The notes below the pieces were generated by a model. It was not told where the DNA came from and did no database searches. It worked only from the letters and a program-made list of their open reading frames with translations. From the NCBI GenBank assembly GCA_031551645.1, contig JAVBNI010000001.1, positions 10,902-74,901 of the forward strand: 64,000 nucleotides of DNA. The letters run 5' to 3'. The DNA is from Bacteroidales bacterium. Lineage in GTDB: Bacteria; Bacteroidota; Bacteroidia; Bacteroidales; UBA4181. Shown here one piece after another: positions 1-11,200 of this stretch. The number at the start of each line of letters is the position of its first letter. The stretch's first letter is position 1. The position numbers were made by a program, and so were the translations under genes.

Positions 1-1477
1 CTCCTCTGGTTCTGATTGCTTTCCAGTGTTTCTGTGCATCAGCATCTAAATTTTCATAACGTTCGTAACAGGCTTCCATATAGTTTAGATAAGCTTCTGC
101 GGCGCGAAATACAACACAACCGGTATAGCATTGATCTCTTTTATTTTGCTCTTCGTTAAAATTACCACCCTTACGTAGTGCATACCCTGTTTGATAAGCA
201 TCGATGACATTATTCGAATAAATTACCGGATAAGGCTCTTTGATATTGGGCGTGGAAAATACATTGACCTGTCCGGGATCTTTTAGGAAAAGCCATAATC
301 TGTTATCCCTTCCGGACCGGACATCTGAAATATAATCGTCTCCGGCATATCCCGACCCGGAAACATATATGGGTAAACCGTTGGCCATCAGAAATGATTC
401 TACCATTCCACGTGATGTGCCGATACCAAGATTTCCTCCTTGTGCACACCATGGCACACTATGCATGATTCCTAATCCTTTGTCGTATTGCCGCCATAAC
501 AACACTTCACTGTATCCCGACATGTCGACATCGCTGAACATATTAAAATAGGGATTTGATTGTTCGGTGGACGATTGCTGCAATTGTTGGGTATTTTTTA
601 CTAGCTCAACGTTGTCTGCCACAGCCTTTGCTGCCTGCATGGCTGCCTCGAGAAAAAAATTGATTTCGGCGTCAATATTTCCCGAAGGGAATGAAAAGTT
701 AGCATTATATACTTTATTTTTTCCCGGCCAGTCGGGACTGCCAGGAACAAATGCTGTCCCTTTGAAATATTTCAGCCAGGTTCCTTCATACAAAGCAACA
801 CGTGATTTGAACAAGTAAGCGCAATTTTTCGATAATCTGTTTTTTCCTCCGTCGGGCGACACATTTTTCATCAACAATATGGCGGAATCAAGATCCGATA
901 AAATAAAACGAGCTACTTCGTTACGCGGATAGCGTTGGCTGATGCTTGTCAGGACTTCCTGTTCGTCAGGATAAGTTCTTTTTAGGATCGGAAAATCTCC
1001 CAATACCTGGAGTTTCGAAAAATATACATAAGCTCTCAGAAAATACATTTCTCCTATGTAATGATTGATATTTTCCGCATTTCCTGTTATTTTACCTGCT
1101 CTCCATTTAGGAAGTACATCCTGCAGAAAATAATTGCATGGATAAATAAATTCAAAATTCCATGATCCGCCACTCTCGGCAGTTCTCCATTGTCCCGGGA
1201 TAAACCGGGTATCGGGCTTGGCAGCTACTACAGTCATGTTATCCGTATTCATATCCTGTCCAAATATACCGTATCCACTTACTTTGCTAATTGAACTGTA
1301 AGTGGTATGCGTCAGTAAAATATCAGGATACCGGGCGATGGTATATGCGGCCAATTGGGTTTCTTCATTCAGATATTGTTCGGGAGTAAACTCGGACAAT
1401 GGTTCCTTGTCGAGAAAATCGTCACACGATATAATTCCCACAATTATGCAGACCAGATATATAATATATTTTTTCAT
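1..1477 (-). CDS. SusD/RagB-family nutrient-binding outer-membrane lipoprotein, partial (C-terminus lies beyond the window start)
   Basis: Absent from the ORF track because it is open at the window edge. My minus-strand translation from the ATG at 1477 gives MKKYIIYLVCIIVGIISCDDFLDKEPLSEFTPEQYLNEE... (lipoprotein signal, Cys18). The frame stayed open in every stretch I translated down to position 1 (...FRAAEAYLNYMEACYERYENLDADAQKHWKAIRTRG). It lies 43 bp downstream of the SusC-like gene, which is the canonical order. Confidence 0.8.
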   Translation of the reverse strand, partial: MKKYIIYLVCIIVGIISCDDFLDKEPLSEFTPEQYLNEETQLAAYTIARYPDILLTHTTYSSISKVSGYGIFGQDMNTDNMTVVAAKPDTRFIPGQWRTAESGGSWNFEFIYPCNYFLQDVLPKWRAGKITGNAENINHYIGEMYFLRAYVYFSKLQVLGDFPILKRTYPDEQEVLTSISQRYPRNEVARFILSDLDSAILLMKNVSPDGGKNRLSKNCAYLFKSRVALYEGTWLKYFKGTAFVPGSPDWPGKNKVYNANFSFPSGNIDAEINFFLEAAMQAAKAVADNVELVKNTQQLQQSSTEQSNPYFNMFSDVDMSGYSEVLLWRQYDKGLGIMHSVPWCAQGGNLGIGTSRGMVESFLMANGLPIYVSGSGYAGDDYISDVRSGRDNRLWLFLKDPGQVNVFSTPNIKEPYPVIYSNNVIDAYQTGYALRKGGNFNEEQNKRDQCYTGCVVFRAAEAYLNYMEACYERYENLDADAQKHWKAIRTRG

Positions 1478-1520
1478 TGATATGTATTTTTATTGTAAGG
1501 TCAGATGACATTTCAATTAT

Positions 1521-4500
1521 TTAAAAAGTAACAGATAAGCCAAAAGAAAATACTTTTGTCAAGGGGTACACGTTTCCTTCGCTATAACGGTTGTCGCCCC
1601 CGCTAACCTGTTCGGGATCGAAAATCTTGGTTAGTTTTGTTCCTGTCCACAGATTTTCTCCCGACACAAAAAATCTCAATTTTTGTATGGCTATCTTTTG
1701 TGTCAGGGACGGTGGTAAAGAATATCCTAATTGTACGTTTTTTAATCGGATATATGCAGCGTTCAGCAAGTACCGGGTTTGTACCTGGATATTCTTTTTT
1801 ACATTGAATACGGGACGGGCATAATAAGCATCCAGATTGAGGCCTAATGGGTGATCCGGATCATCGCGAAAGTAATCCAAGTGTTGAACGAGACAAGTCG
1901 ATTCCTGATAATTTCGTCGCGAGCCCCAGAAATAATAACTTTCATTGATGTAATCCCGTTTCATAATGCCCTGAAAAAATGCCCTGAAATCGAACCCTTT
2001 CCAGTCCATGTTCAGATCCAGTCCGAACATGAAACGAGCCTGTGAATTCCCAATAACTTTCCTGTCGCCAGGTTTTTCAAGGGTACTTGCACCGGCATCT
2101 ATTTTCCCATCGCCATCCAGGTCGGCATACATGATGTCTCCGGCTTTCCAGTCTGTTCCAAAACTAGCCTGTGCTCCGTTGGGCATGGTTGCCAGGTGTG
2201 TATCTATTTCTTCTTGTGTTCGTGCAATACCTGCTGTAACATATCCCCATAGTTCCCCATATTTTTGCCCGGCGTAATATGTCTTAAGGCTACCGGTTTC
2301 ATTCGGGTATCTGGTGATTTCGGTTTGGGAATCGGATAACAAAAACCGGATATTATATCTGAGTCCGTTCTTTAAGTAATCGTTCCACGACACCTCCCAT
2401 TCAAAACCGTATGTTTTCAGGTCGGTGTTATTTGTAGTGGGAACATCTGTTCCCAAGGTAGCCGGCAGTTCAGGTGCAGGGCCGACCATGTCGATTGTTT
2501 TACGGACAAAGTAATCGAATGAAGAGGTCAACCGGTTATTGAAAAAACCGAGATCGGCCCCGACATTCCATGTGCTTACCCGTTCCCATGTCAAGCTTGA
2601 ACTAACAAGACCGGGAGCATTAGCGGTATTGGGCCTTGAGCCTTTGGACAGCCAACTACCGTTAGCCGCCGTTACATCCATGGTCACATAAGTAGGATAC
2701 AACATGTCTGTATTCTGATTTCCCAATGAGCCGTAAGATGCTCTGAATTTTAACGTATTTATCTTGTTATCCAGTGATTCCCAGAAAGCTTCCCGGGCTA
2801 TATTCCATCCGACAGATACCGAAGGGAACCATTTCCAACGTTCATTCCCCCGGAATCGGGAGGAACCGTCATAACGGAGATTACCTTCCAGCAGATAACG
2901 ACCCTGATAGTCGTAATTTATTCTGCCAAAGAATCCAACAACCGACCAATCATCGTTGTAGCCGGAAACTTTTGCATTAATTTCTTTTCCGGTCTCGGGA
3001 TCAATACCCGATGTAGTATTCAATGAGGTAAGGGAGGGTATAACTATACCGGATCTATTGGCCATGATTTGGTGTGTTTTGGTCAATTCAGACTGAAATC
3101 CAAGCAATACTTTTGCGTGATGTCCGCCAAAATCCCTATTATACTCTGTCCATATGTTGGTGTTGTAGTAATTTTGTCGTGCAGCTTGTTCCGTAACAGA
3201 TGAGTTCGTTATGGTTACATAAGGATTTCCTGCTACATCGTGGTCATATAAAGGAAGTTGGTTGGCACTGTTAAACCAGTCTTTCATTCGGAAATTGCCT
3301 TCTCCGAAAATTTTCCAACCTTTCAACGGTTCTATCAATACCTGTACCTGTTGGTATAACTGGTCGGTCTGTGTATTGGTTCGTCCTCCATCGTTAAGCC
3401 TGATGGCATTGGAATAGGTCGCATTATACATGTGCCCATTAGGGTCGTATACCGGGAATATAGGCCATCCGAGATTTGCAAGACTATAAAATAGGTTTTC
3501 ATTCATAAACGTCGGTTTTTCATAATTTTCCCGAATAAACCTTCCTGTATAGTTCACTGAAAAATAGTCATTTAACCGGGCATTTATTTTTCCTGTGAGT
3601 AAATATCTGGAATAGTCATCCCCGCCTATAGCCATAAATCCCTCCTTGCCCAGGTAATTACCGGATATGTAATAGGTGAATCCCTCCTTACCGCCGTTCA
3701 CACTTATATTGTGTTCTTGTGCAAATGTGCGTTTTTTGTATATTACATCATACCAGTCTACATTACCGTTTGCTTTTTCATAATCGGCCCATTGGTTGGG
3801 ATTAGAAGAACTAACAGGCACCGATTCCTTAAGTGTCCCGTTCTGGTATGCAAGAATACGTTGCATCTGTTCCTGGTCGAAAAATACACTCGATCCGCTG
3901 TTGGTAAAACTATCATTCCAATAGATGGCGAATTTGTATGAGTCGGCCATCTGGGGCATGTTGATCGGATAATTCAACCGGAAGTTGTTGTTATAATTAA
4001 TGGTTGCCCGCCCGGTTTTTCCATTTTTGGTGGTGATCAAGATCACTCCGAAAGGTGCCCGGGATCCATAGATAGAAGAAGCGGCTGCATCTTTTAACAC
4101 CGATATATGTTCGATATCCTGCGAATTGACAGTATTCAGATCTCCTTCCATGCCATCTATCAGAACCAGGGGTTGTCCGCTGGAACCTTCTCCGATTGTG
4201 GTAATACCACGGATGTTGATATTTGGGGTTGTTCCCATGTCACCTTCGGTTTGTGTAATATTCAATCCGGCAACCAAGCCTTGCAAAGCTTGTGTTGCAT
4301 TTTGTACCGGGCGCGATTCAAGTGCTTTAACATCGACCGTGCCCACTGCTCCGGTCAGGTTGACTTTCTTTTGTGTGCCGAAACCTACTACCACCACTTC
4401 TTCAAGCTGGTGTGTATCTTCAGCCATATGAACGTCGATAACGTGCATGTCGCCAACTTCAAATTCCTGCGTTGTATAGCCGACGAATGAAAATATCAGA

Positions 4501-5015
4501 ACAGTTCCTTTTTCGGGTACTGTAATGCTGTATTTCCCGTTGATATCGGTTACCATTCCGGTTGTAGTACCTTTAATGATGATATTCACTCCCGGTATAG
4601 GTTCACCGTTTTCAGTGACGGTTCCGGTAACAGTGATACCCTGTGCTACCGCTTTGGGCGTAATTACAATAAATTTATGCTCATGTTCAAGATAAGTAAG
4701 ATCGGTATCTTTAAAGACAATATCCAAAAGTTTACCTACTTCAATATCCTGCTGATGGATGGTAATGGGACGAGTCAAATCGAGGAATGCATCGTTATAG
4801 AAAAATGTGTATTCGGTTTGTTTTTCAATAACTTTTAATACTTCTTTGATCGAAGTACTTTTTCCTGTCTTGTCGAAATGTACGACCTGGGCAAAAACAC
4901 CAGCCGATACATTCCAGACAAAAACGATACTGATCAGCATGCTAATTTTCATAATTAATAAAAATTTGCGATATACTTTTTTCGAATGATTAAAAAAATA
5001 ACGATAGAATTTCAT
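1521..5015 (-). CDS. SusC/RagA-family TonB-dependent transporter with an N-terminal STN signalling extension
   Basis: 1164 aa. It has an STN-like N-terminal extension (HFDKTGKSTSIKEVLKVIEKQTEYTFFYND...FIVITP), a CarboxypepD_reg-like segment (ITVTGTVTENGEPIPGVNIIIKGTTTGMVTDINGKYSI), a plug (VVVVGFGTQKKVNLTGAV...VLKDAAASSIYGSRAPFGVILITTK), and a long barrel ending in an aromatic residue (...GLSVTF). It follows FecR and an ECF sigma. Confidence 0.9.
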   Translation of the reverse strand: MKFYRYFFNHSKKVYRKFLLIMKISMLISIVFVWNVSAGVFAQVVHFDKTGKSTSIKEVLKVIEKQTEYTFFYNDAFLDLTRPITIHQQDIEVGKLLDIVFKDTDLTYLEHEHKFIVITPKAVAQGITVTGTVTENGEPIPGVNIIIKGTTTGMVTDINGKYSITVPEKGTVLIFSFVGYTTQEFEVGDMHVIDVHMAEDTHQLEEVVVVGFGTQKKVNLTGAVGTVDVKALESRPVQNATQALQGLVAGLNITQTEGDMGTTPNINIRGITTIGEGSSGQPLVLIDGMEGDLNTVNSQDIEHISVLKDAAASSIYGSRAPFGVILITTKNGKTGRATINYNNNFRLNYPINMPQMADSYKFAIYWNDSFTNSGSSVFFDQEQMQRILAYQNGTLKESVPVSSSNPNQWADYEKANGNVDWYDVIYKKRTFAQEHNISVNGGKEGFTYYISGNYLGKEGFMAIGGDDYSRYLLTGKINARLNDYFSVNYTGRFIRENYEKPTFMNENLFYSLANLGWPIFPVYDPNGHMYNATYSNAIRLNDGGRTNTQTDQLYQQVQVLIEPLKGWKIFGEGNFRMKDWFNSANQLPLYDHDVAGNPYVTITNSSVTEQAARQNYYNTNIWTEYNRDFGGHHAKVLLGFQSELTKTHQIMANRSGIVIPSLTSLNTTSGIDPETGKEINAKVSGYNDDWSVVGFFGRINYDYQGRYLLEGNLRYDGSSRFRGNERWKWFPSVSVGWNIAREAFWESLDNKINTLKFRASYGSLGNQNTDMLYPTYVTMDVTAANGSWLSKGSRPNTANAPGLVSSSLTWERVSTWNVGADLGFFNNRLTSSFDYFVRKTIDMVGPAPELPATLGTDVPTTNNTDLKTYGFEWEVSWNDYLKNGLRYNIRFLLSDSQTEITRYPNETGSLKTYYAGQKYGELWGYVTAGIARTQEEIDTHLATMPNGAQASFGTDWKAGDIMYADLDGDGKIDAGASTLEKPGDRKVIGNSQARFMFGLDLNMDWKGFDFRAFFQGIMKRDYINESYYFWGSRRNYQESTCLVQHLDYFRDDPDHPLGLNLDAYYARPVFNVKKNIQVQTRYLLNAAYIRLKNVQLGYSLPPSLTQKIAIQKLRFFVSGENLWTGTKLTKIFDPEQVSGGDNRYSEGNVYPLTKVFSFGLSVTF

Positions 5016-5093
5016 ATATTTGTCACATAAAATGGTTATATACTTTCAGTTTTCTCAGGACCGGGAAGTATAAGAATTGTTTTATTTCACACA

Positions 5094-5128
5094 GCCCGAA
5101 AGTTTCACCACTTTCGGGTTTTTTTTTA
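5094..5128. terminator. GC-rich hairpin with a flanking T9 run between the FecR and SusC genes
   Basis: The plus strand reads cccgaaagt-ttcacc-actttcggg followed by ttttttttt. As a rho-independent terminator it is oriented for plus-strand (antisense) transcription. On the gene strand the A-run precedes the stem. Confidence 0.4.
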
Positions 5129-5161
5129 TATATATTTTCTATATCATAGGCAACAGTGTTT

Positions 5162-6352
5162 TTAATCGGGTGAATGAATTAATTTTTCGTATTTCTTTTT
5201 CATTTGTTTTTCTTCACTGATAGTAACATCTTTCTCTTTTACCGAATATTGTATGGGAGCATTGAGACTAATGATTTCAAGTACCTGCTCCAATGGATAA
5301 TTTCTCAACGTTCCTGTAAAACTGTATTTCTTGATAGCTTCTCCCTCTATGCTAACAGCTACGTCATATTTTCGTTCTATTTTTTTTGCTAATGATTCAA
5401 GGCTTTCGGATTTAACAATCCAACGATCATCCTTCCATGAAGTGTATAATTCCGGGGTTATCTTGTCAATAAGCACAGCTTCTGATTTTTGTGACTGAAC
5501 CTGCGATAGCTGGGATAATCCGGAATCTTCCTTATCCGTTGTTATCTGCTTTACAAGCTCCTTATTTTGATCGGATGTCAAATGTTTGGGAATAGTGATT
5601 ACCTGTTTGGGTTTTAAAGTCACGATGTTTTGATTGGTTGTTGTTTCTACAGATACAATTCCCTCAACAAGCGTTGTTTCCACATAATCCTCATCAGCAT
5701 AAGCCTTAACATTAAAAGTAGTCCCAAAAGCCTTGATATTCAAACCGGATGTTTTTACTACAAAAGGAACGTCAGCATTGGTTTTTACATCAAAATACCC
5801 TTCTCCTGCAAATTGTAATTCGCGCACGTTTTTACCAAAGTCGGCGGAATAAGCAAGATAACTACAGGCATTAAGTTTTACTGTTGACCCGTCCGGTAAA
5901 ATGATGGTAACGCGCTCACCTTTATTGGTGTGTATCTCACATGGTTGTACGTTTACTACAGCAGGATCGACATCATGCAAGCCGGAATAAAGATGTAAAA
6001 GAAAAGATCCTGTCAAAATTCCCATAAGGAACAGAGCCGCATACCGCCTGATATTGGTTGCCCAGTGAGTATGCTTCATCCGGGGTGGTGTTATCTGGTA
6101 TATCTTTTTGTGAGTTATCTGTTTTCTCAATTTTTCCCAACCGGCTCTTGTCTCTGCCTCTTCGAAAAAAAGTTTGGAAGCACCGGCATCATAAATATCT
6201 TTCATAATGAACAACTGTTTCTCGTTTTCAGGGTCTTCATTCACCCATGCAAGAAGTTGTTGTTGCTCATCTTCATTGAGGTTGCCCGAAAAATACCGGG
6301 CAATCATATCTTCATTTATAGATTTATCTCTCATTATATGCTCGCTTGTCAT
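5162..6352 (-). CDS. FecR-family anti-sigma factor
   Basis: 396 aa. It has an N-terminal cytoplasmic segment, a single TM helix (YAALFLMGILTGSFLLHLY) and a periplasmic FecR-like domain (GEGYFDV...PFVVKT). It sits between an ECF sigma and an STN-bearing SusC. Confidence 0.85.
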   Translation of the reverse strand: MTSEHIMRDKSINEDMIARYFSGNLNEDEQQQLLAWVNEDPENEKQLFIMKDIYDAGASKLFFEEAETRAGWEKLRKQITHKKIYQITPPRMKHTHWATNIRRYAALFLMGILTGSFLLHLYSGLHDVDPAVVNVQPCEIHTNKGERVTIILPDGSTVKLNACSYLAYSADFGKNVRELQFAGEGYFDVKTNADVPFVVKTSGLNIKAFGTTFNVKAYADEDYVETTLVEGIVSVETTTNQNIVTLKPKQVITIPKHLTSDQNKELVKQITTDKEDSGLSQLSQVQSQKSEAVLIDKITPELYTSWKDDRWIVKSESLESLAKKIERKYDVAVSIEGEAIKKYSFTGTLRNYPLEQVLEIISLNAPIQYSVKEKDVTISEEKQMKKKYEKLIHSPD

Positions 6353-6689
6353 ATAAAAGATACATTCGGATGGGGATACTACTCATACGAATACAAATTT
6401 TTTATCATCTTTTGTAAATGTTATTTATAATCAGGCATTTAAAAATATAATTCTACCTTTGGCGTATTGAAAAATGCTTAAAAATCAAAAATAGATATCA
6501 TCACAAGAAAGAACAATTGAATATAGTTTTTACAAAATATATTATCACAACAATCATATTAATAAGCTATTGATTCACTTGCAAGACTGCCAATGTTAAG
6601 GTAATTGCCATTTTTGTAGTGCCAAATTAGAATATTTTTTTTACAATTTCGGAGAAAAATAAACTACAAAATTGCAAATTGGGTTGACT

Positions 6690-7274
6690 TCAATTGACAG
6701 ACAATCCAATAATAAACAGCATAAGCAGATAATCTTGTAATTCTATTTTCAAAGTCACAAGTGAGCGGAACATCTGATTTTCGACAGTACGTATCGAAAT
6801 GTTGAGTTGTTCAGCAATTTCGGCATATGTCATTCCTTGGAAACGGCTCATTTTGAATATTTGGCGGCATTGAGGCGAAAGATTTTCGACATACCGGTCA
6901 ATGATGTCTTCCATGTCTTTCAGGAAAATAGATGTGTAAACGCCATGTTCGGGTGAAAAAAAGTTTAGCTCAGCCTCTTTAAGTTTAAATGATGTATAGC
7001 TTTCAAAACGCTGATGTATCTGCTGGCTGCGGAGGTGTAACAGACAAAGGTTATGTACGGTTTTTTTCAAATATGCTGCAACGGAAGTGTGAATAGTGGA
7101 TATATCAACATCCTCCCAGAGCTTGACAAATGCATCTTGCACTAAATCCCTTGCTGTTTCGGGGTCGTTGATAAATTTACGACTATATGCATATAATCCC
7201 GGTTGTAATTTTTTGTACAGGGCTTCAAAATCTACAACTTTTTGATTTAAGACAAGATGTTGAGCAGATTTCAT
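6690..7274 (-). CDS. ECF-type RNA polymerase sigma-70 factor (PUL-associated)
   Basis: 194 aa. Region 2 reads ARDLVQDAFVKLWE and region 4 carries an HTH (MTYAEIAEQLNISIRTVENQMFRS). It lies upstream of FecR and SusC on the same strand. Confidence 0.85.
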   Translation of the reverse strand: MKSAQHLVLNQKVVDFEALYKKLQPGLYAYSRKFINDPETARDLVQDAFVKLWEDVDISTIHTSVAAYLKKTVHNLCLLHLRSQQIHQRFESYTSFKLKEAELNFFSPEHGVYTSIFLKDMEDIIDRYVENLSPQCRQIFKMSRFQGMTYAEIAEQLNISIRTVENQMFRSLVTLKIELQDYLLMLFIIGLSVN

Positions 7275-7421
7275 ACTTTCATGACATGCAACATAATGTA
7301 AAGTAAGTGCTTTTTACTTGAAGAAACAAGCTACAACATGCCGGAGAGATGATCGACAGGATTTAATTTATGACGAATATTTAAGAAATTTGTAAAAAGC
7401 CTGATTTTACCAGGGAAAATT

Positions 7422-7437
7422 GCTTAAACGTTTAAGC
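7422..7437. promoter_or_regulatory. Perfect 16-bp palindrome GCTTAAACGTTTAAGC (candidate dimeric-TF operator), copy 1
   Basis: Read directly from the sequence. It lies in the divergent region between the two ECF sigma genes, 10 bp upstream of a TAtTTTTG box (7448-7455). An identical 16-mer occurs at 11776-11791. Confidence 0.5.
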
Positions 7438-7572
7438 GAATATTTCTTATTTTTGCACGATGATTTGACTTTCGAAAGAAATTAATGGTTTTCGAATTTG
7501 AAAATACTTGATCACTCAAAATGAAAAACATCACAATACATTTGTTTGTTTCCGTATCTAATTCGTAACACT

Positions 7573-7580
7573 TATTTTTG
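7573..7580 (+). promoter_or_regulatory. Bacteroidota -7 promoter box (TAnnTTTG)
   Basis: TATTTTTG lies 25 bp upstream of the ATG at 7605. A second match is at 7448-7455. Confidence 0.4.
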
Positions 7581-7604
7581 TCTGTTCAAAATCTGTCTTG
7601 AATC

Positions 7605-8177
7605 ATGCAAGAAGAAAAAGAGTCATTTAAAGACAATTTGTCGCTTTGGAACAGCTTCCTTTCGGGAGATGATGCTGCTTATGCGTCTATTTATAAGCAG
7701 CATGTCCAGAGTCTTTTTTTGTATGGGCTGGTATTCACTATCGATGAGGATCTTGTAAAAGACTGTATTCAGGATGTTTTTATACGGCTCTATAAAAACC
7801 GGAGTCGTTTAGGAAAAACTGATAATATCAAATTGTACCTTTTAACAGCACTGAAAAACGAATTATTTAATACTTTTAAAAAGCAAAACAATTATCACCG
7901 GATCATTCATTCTATCGAACTTGAAGAGACTGCCGATACGGCCGATGAAAATTTATTGATCCGGGAGGACGAAGCCCAACTCCAAAAACAAGTTGCTTCG
8001 CTTAAATCATTGTTAACAACCCGGCAACAGGAAGTCATCCATTACAGATTCGTTGAAGACCTCAGCATTGAAGAAATAGCAGGATTATTACAACTCAACT
8101 ATCAGTCTGTCGCTAACATTATTCAAAGGGCTTTGAAAAAAATGCGGAGTTTTTATTTGATTTCTCCTTCAAAATAA
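7605..8177 (+). CDS. ECF-type sigma-70 factor with no adjacent anti-sigma gene
   Basis: 190 aa. Region 2 reads VKDCIQDVFIRLYKN and region 4 reads LSIEEIAGLLQLNYQSVANIIQRALKKMR. Confidence 0.8.
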   Translation: MQEEKESFKDNLSLWNSFLSGDDAAYASIYKQHVQSLFLYGLVFTIDEDLVKDCIQDVFIRLYKNRSRLGKTDNIKLYLLTALKNELFNTFKKQNNYHRIIHSIELEETADTADENLLIREDEAQLQKQVASLKSLLTTRQQEVIHYRFVEDLSIEEIAGLLQLNYQSVANIIQRALKKMRSFYLISPSK

Positions 8178-8274
8178 AAAGAGGACAGAAACTATTTTAC
8201 CAAAACGTTCCTGTCCTACTCACTATATTTACTACACAGTACAGACTATCAACTATAGCCTGTCTGGATTCTCT

Positions 8275-11200
8275 TTACCGACGAAAACGGAATTGCGGAA
8301 CTTCGTCGCTATAAGTAATTTCCTTCGTTTCGTAAGGTAATGCCCTCATTTCCATTGCTGGCTGGGTATCTCCGTTAGGATTGTCCGCTAAGGTAGCAGC
8401 AAACACCGCAATGGTCCGATCTTTAGGCAACAAAAGGGTACGTGCATCCTTATCTATATCCAAGCATATCTTATAAATATAGGTGAAGACATGCGGGTCA
8501 TTGCCTTCCCGGCCATGCCTGTGGGTGCCGAGATATGCTATAGAACCGTCTTTTACAAATCCTTCTGAAAATTCTTTCAAACCCCATTGTCCGTAAAAAT
8601 CAGTCCAAAAAGGCACATTCACAGCATACTCCTCGCCGTCTACCTTGAAAACAGTCTTACGGTCCCCAAATGGAGATGTCACCATGAGGTATAATTTGGT
8701 ACAACCATGATTGGCAGGCAGGACAACCGTCTGGCCATCGCACCGCACATAATTGTTCTCATCCACTTTATTATTCATCTTAAAGCGGATGCCGTCGGAA
8801 ATAACCGATTCCGGCATCAATTCTGCGGCAAAAGTATTACCTCTCATATCGAAGGCGCCGCTCTTGCTGAAAGCATCCGGAGTAACTGCCGAAGCGTTAT
8901 AGGCAAGATCGACAAACATACTTGCGGGAGTGCTGAGTGAATTATTTTTCTTCAATTTCACAGCAAACGTTTTGGGCTGAAATGCTGTTCCGCTGATAAT
9001 GATTTTATTACCGGAAAATTTAACATCACCCAGCATGTCTTCGACGCCATTCAATTCCTGGGCTGCTTCAATGGGAGCGGCAAAGGTGATTTCGGTATTT
9101 GTATATGGCTTACCGTAAATCTCATTGACGCGGACTACATAATATTCCCCTTTCTCAGCTTCCTTGATCGCTTTGATGGAAACCTGCGGATTGCTGGTTT
9201 TCACAAACGAAAAACTACGACCGAGCGTTCCTTGGCTTTTAGGAGCATTGAATGACATCAGGGGATTATTCAAAGCATCGGCTTTCCAAGCAACTCCGGC
9301 ATCGATAGCGGAACCGTTGTGTCCCACAATTGAATAACTGAAGGTGTGGGGTCCCCAATCCTGCTTACTCTGATACTCGTACCTGTTCCCGGTTTTCGGA
9401 GTATGGAGGAGTGTTAACCGGAGGGTGTTGTCTGCCGGTTTGTCCCAACCGTACTTGCAATCGTTCATAATAGCGATCCCGTATTTTCCATCCGCAGACG
9501 TAAGATCTGCCCATTGTTGTGCAATGACTTCATATGCGGTTTCGGTATTATTTCCTCGTTCTATATAACCAATTCCGAGGTCGTATTTGGCATTTGGATT
9601 CGAAATACTCATCGGAAATTCTGCCTTCAAAAGGGCATTGGTTTCTGTCCAGTCAATCTCGTTCTGGATATCGATACGGTCGTCCATTGCGCCATCTGTG
9701 AGACTGATATATTGTACGAACTTAGAATCCCCATAGGTTTTCTCCACTTTCAGAGTGGCACGCGCAGGACCGGTTTCGGCAACGCTTATGTTAACATTGC
9801 CCGAAATGGAAACAGGAGTTGCATCCATAGTCTTTTTAAGGATTTCCCATGCCGGCCATGCTACAGACTCATTTTCGGTGAAAAGCGCCAAACGGAAGGC
9901 TTTTCCGCTTTGAACCAATTCCTTTTTGCTTCTCTTGTCAATAATAGAAGCAATATCACCATTTTTGTCGAGAGTCAGTTTATATACAGGGTTTTCGATG
10001 GTATTACCCGAAGCAACAAGTTTTTTGTTCGTCCCTGAATTACCTGCTTTTACATCGTAAACGGAAAAACTGACAGGAGCCACATTGGCGGCAAACAGGA
10101 CGGTGGCTTTGCCATTTTCATAGGAAAGCAACTGTGCAGATACACTCTTCCCGTCGGGGCCAGTTACTGTGATCCCCTGAGGCTGCTGACTCATAGGAAC
10201 TGCAGCAACAACAATATCTTTACGTGGCTGGGCCACCGAGTTATACACAACTACCGCCGATCCGGTTACCTTTGTGTCGAGCGCCCTGGTGACAGCGCCT
10301 ACTGCTGAAGATGTGACATCGGCAAATTTCGATTGTGCAATTAATTCATCGTTCCATGAAAAAGAATATGCTTTGGGAAGACTTGTTCCGGTTAAATCGT
10401 CGTGAAATTGATGCCAAATGAAACTACGCCAACTGTTACGTATTTCTTCGGCTGGATATTCGGCGCCACCCAACCAATCGGCTACAACCGAAGCGCGTTC
10501 CGCGGCATCGGCTAGCCTTTCGTTGCGGCGGTTAAAACGTTTCATGGCAGCCTGGGAGGTGTAGCATCCTGTTGCATGGACATCCATCAAGAGCTCGCCA
10601 TTAAAGACAGGAAGTTCAGGATGTTTATCAAACGGCCAGTAATCTTCATACATCTGGCCAGCCGTAGCATTGATTATCTTAAGCGGTCCGTTGCCTTTCA
10701 ATCCTCTTTCTATAGAATTTGTCGACAGTATCGTCGGTGAACCTCCGGTATCGCCCGTGCCATAATAGCGATATGCTATATTATTTACTCCCCCTTGGGC
10801 AAGTTTAATGATGTCTTCGTCGTAGCTGAGATCTTCATCGAACCTGGAAACATAACTCTGGGCATCAAGGGCGGCCATGATCTTGGAACCGTCAAGACCT
10901 TGCCAAAGCCCTATTTTGAAGGGAACTTTCGAATCCCCATAAAAAGGTTTTGATCGCCATTGTAATTTTTGTGTCGAAAAGCCCTTTAGCCCGGCATGAG
11001 CCGCAATGGTGGGCAAATGGTAACCGAATCCGAAACAGTCAGGCAAAAATATATCGTTCGACGTATAAACACCGAACTCATCCCTGTAGTAATGTTGGCC
11101 GTATAAAATGTTACGGAAAAATGACTCGGATGAAGGAATATTGGGATCGGTCGCATCCCAGGTACTGCCACAAATATTCCACCGCCCCGACTTGATGTAT

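Noticed and set aside
9514-10038. 174-aa plus-strand ORF inside the GH38 gene, and similar antisense ORFs inside the HK (16325-16945), the S41 peptidase (37407-38009), the FabK-like gene (20356-20757) and dusB
   Set aside because: Each is fully nested antisense to a well-supported gene and lacks motifs. They are typical shadow ORFs.
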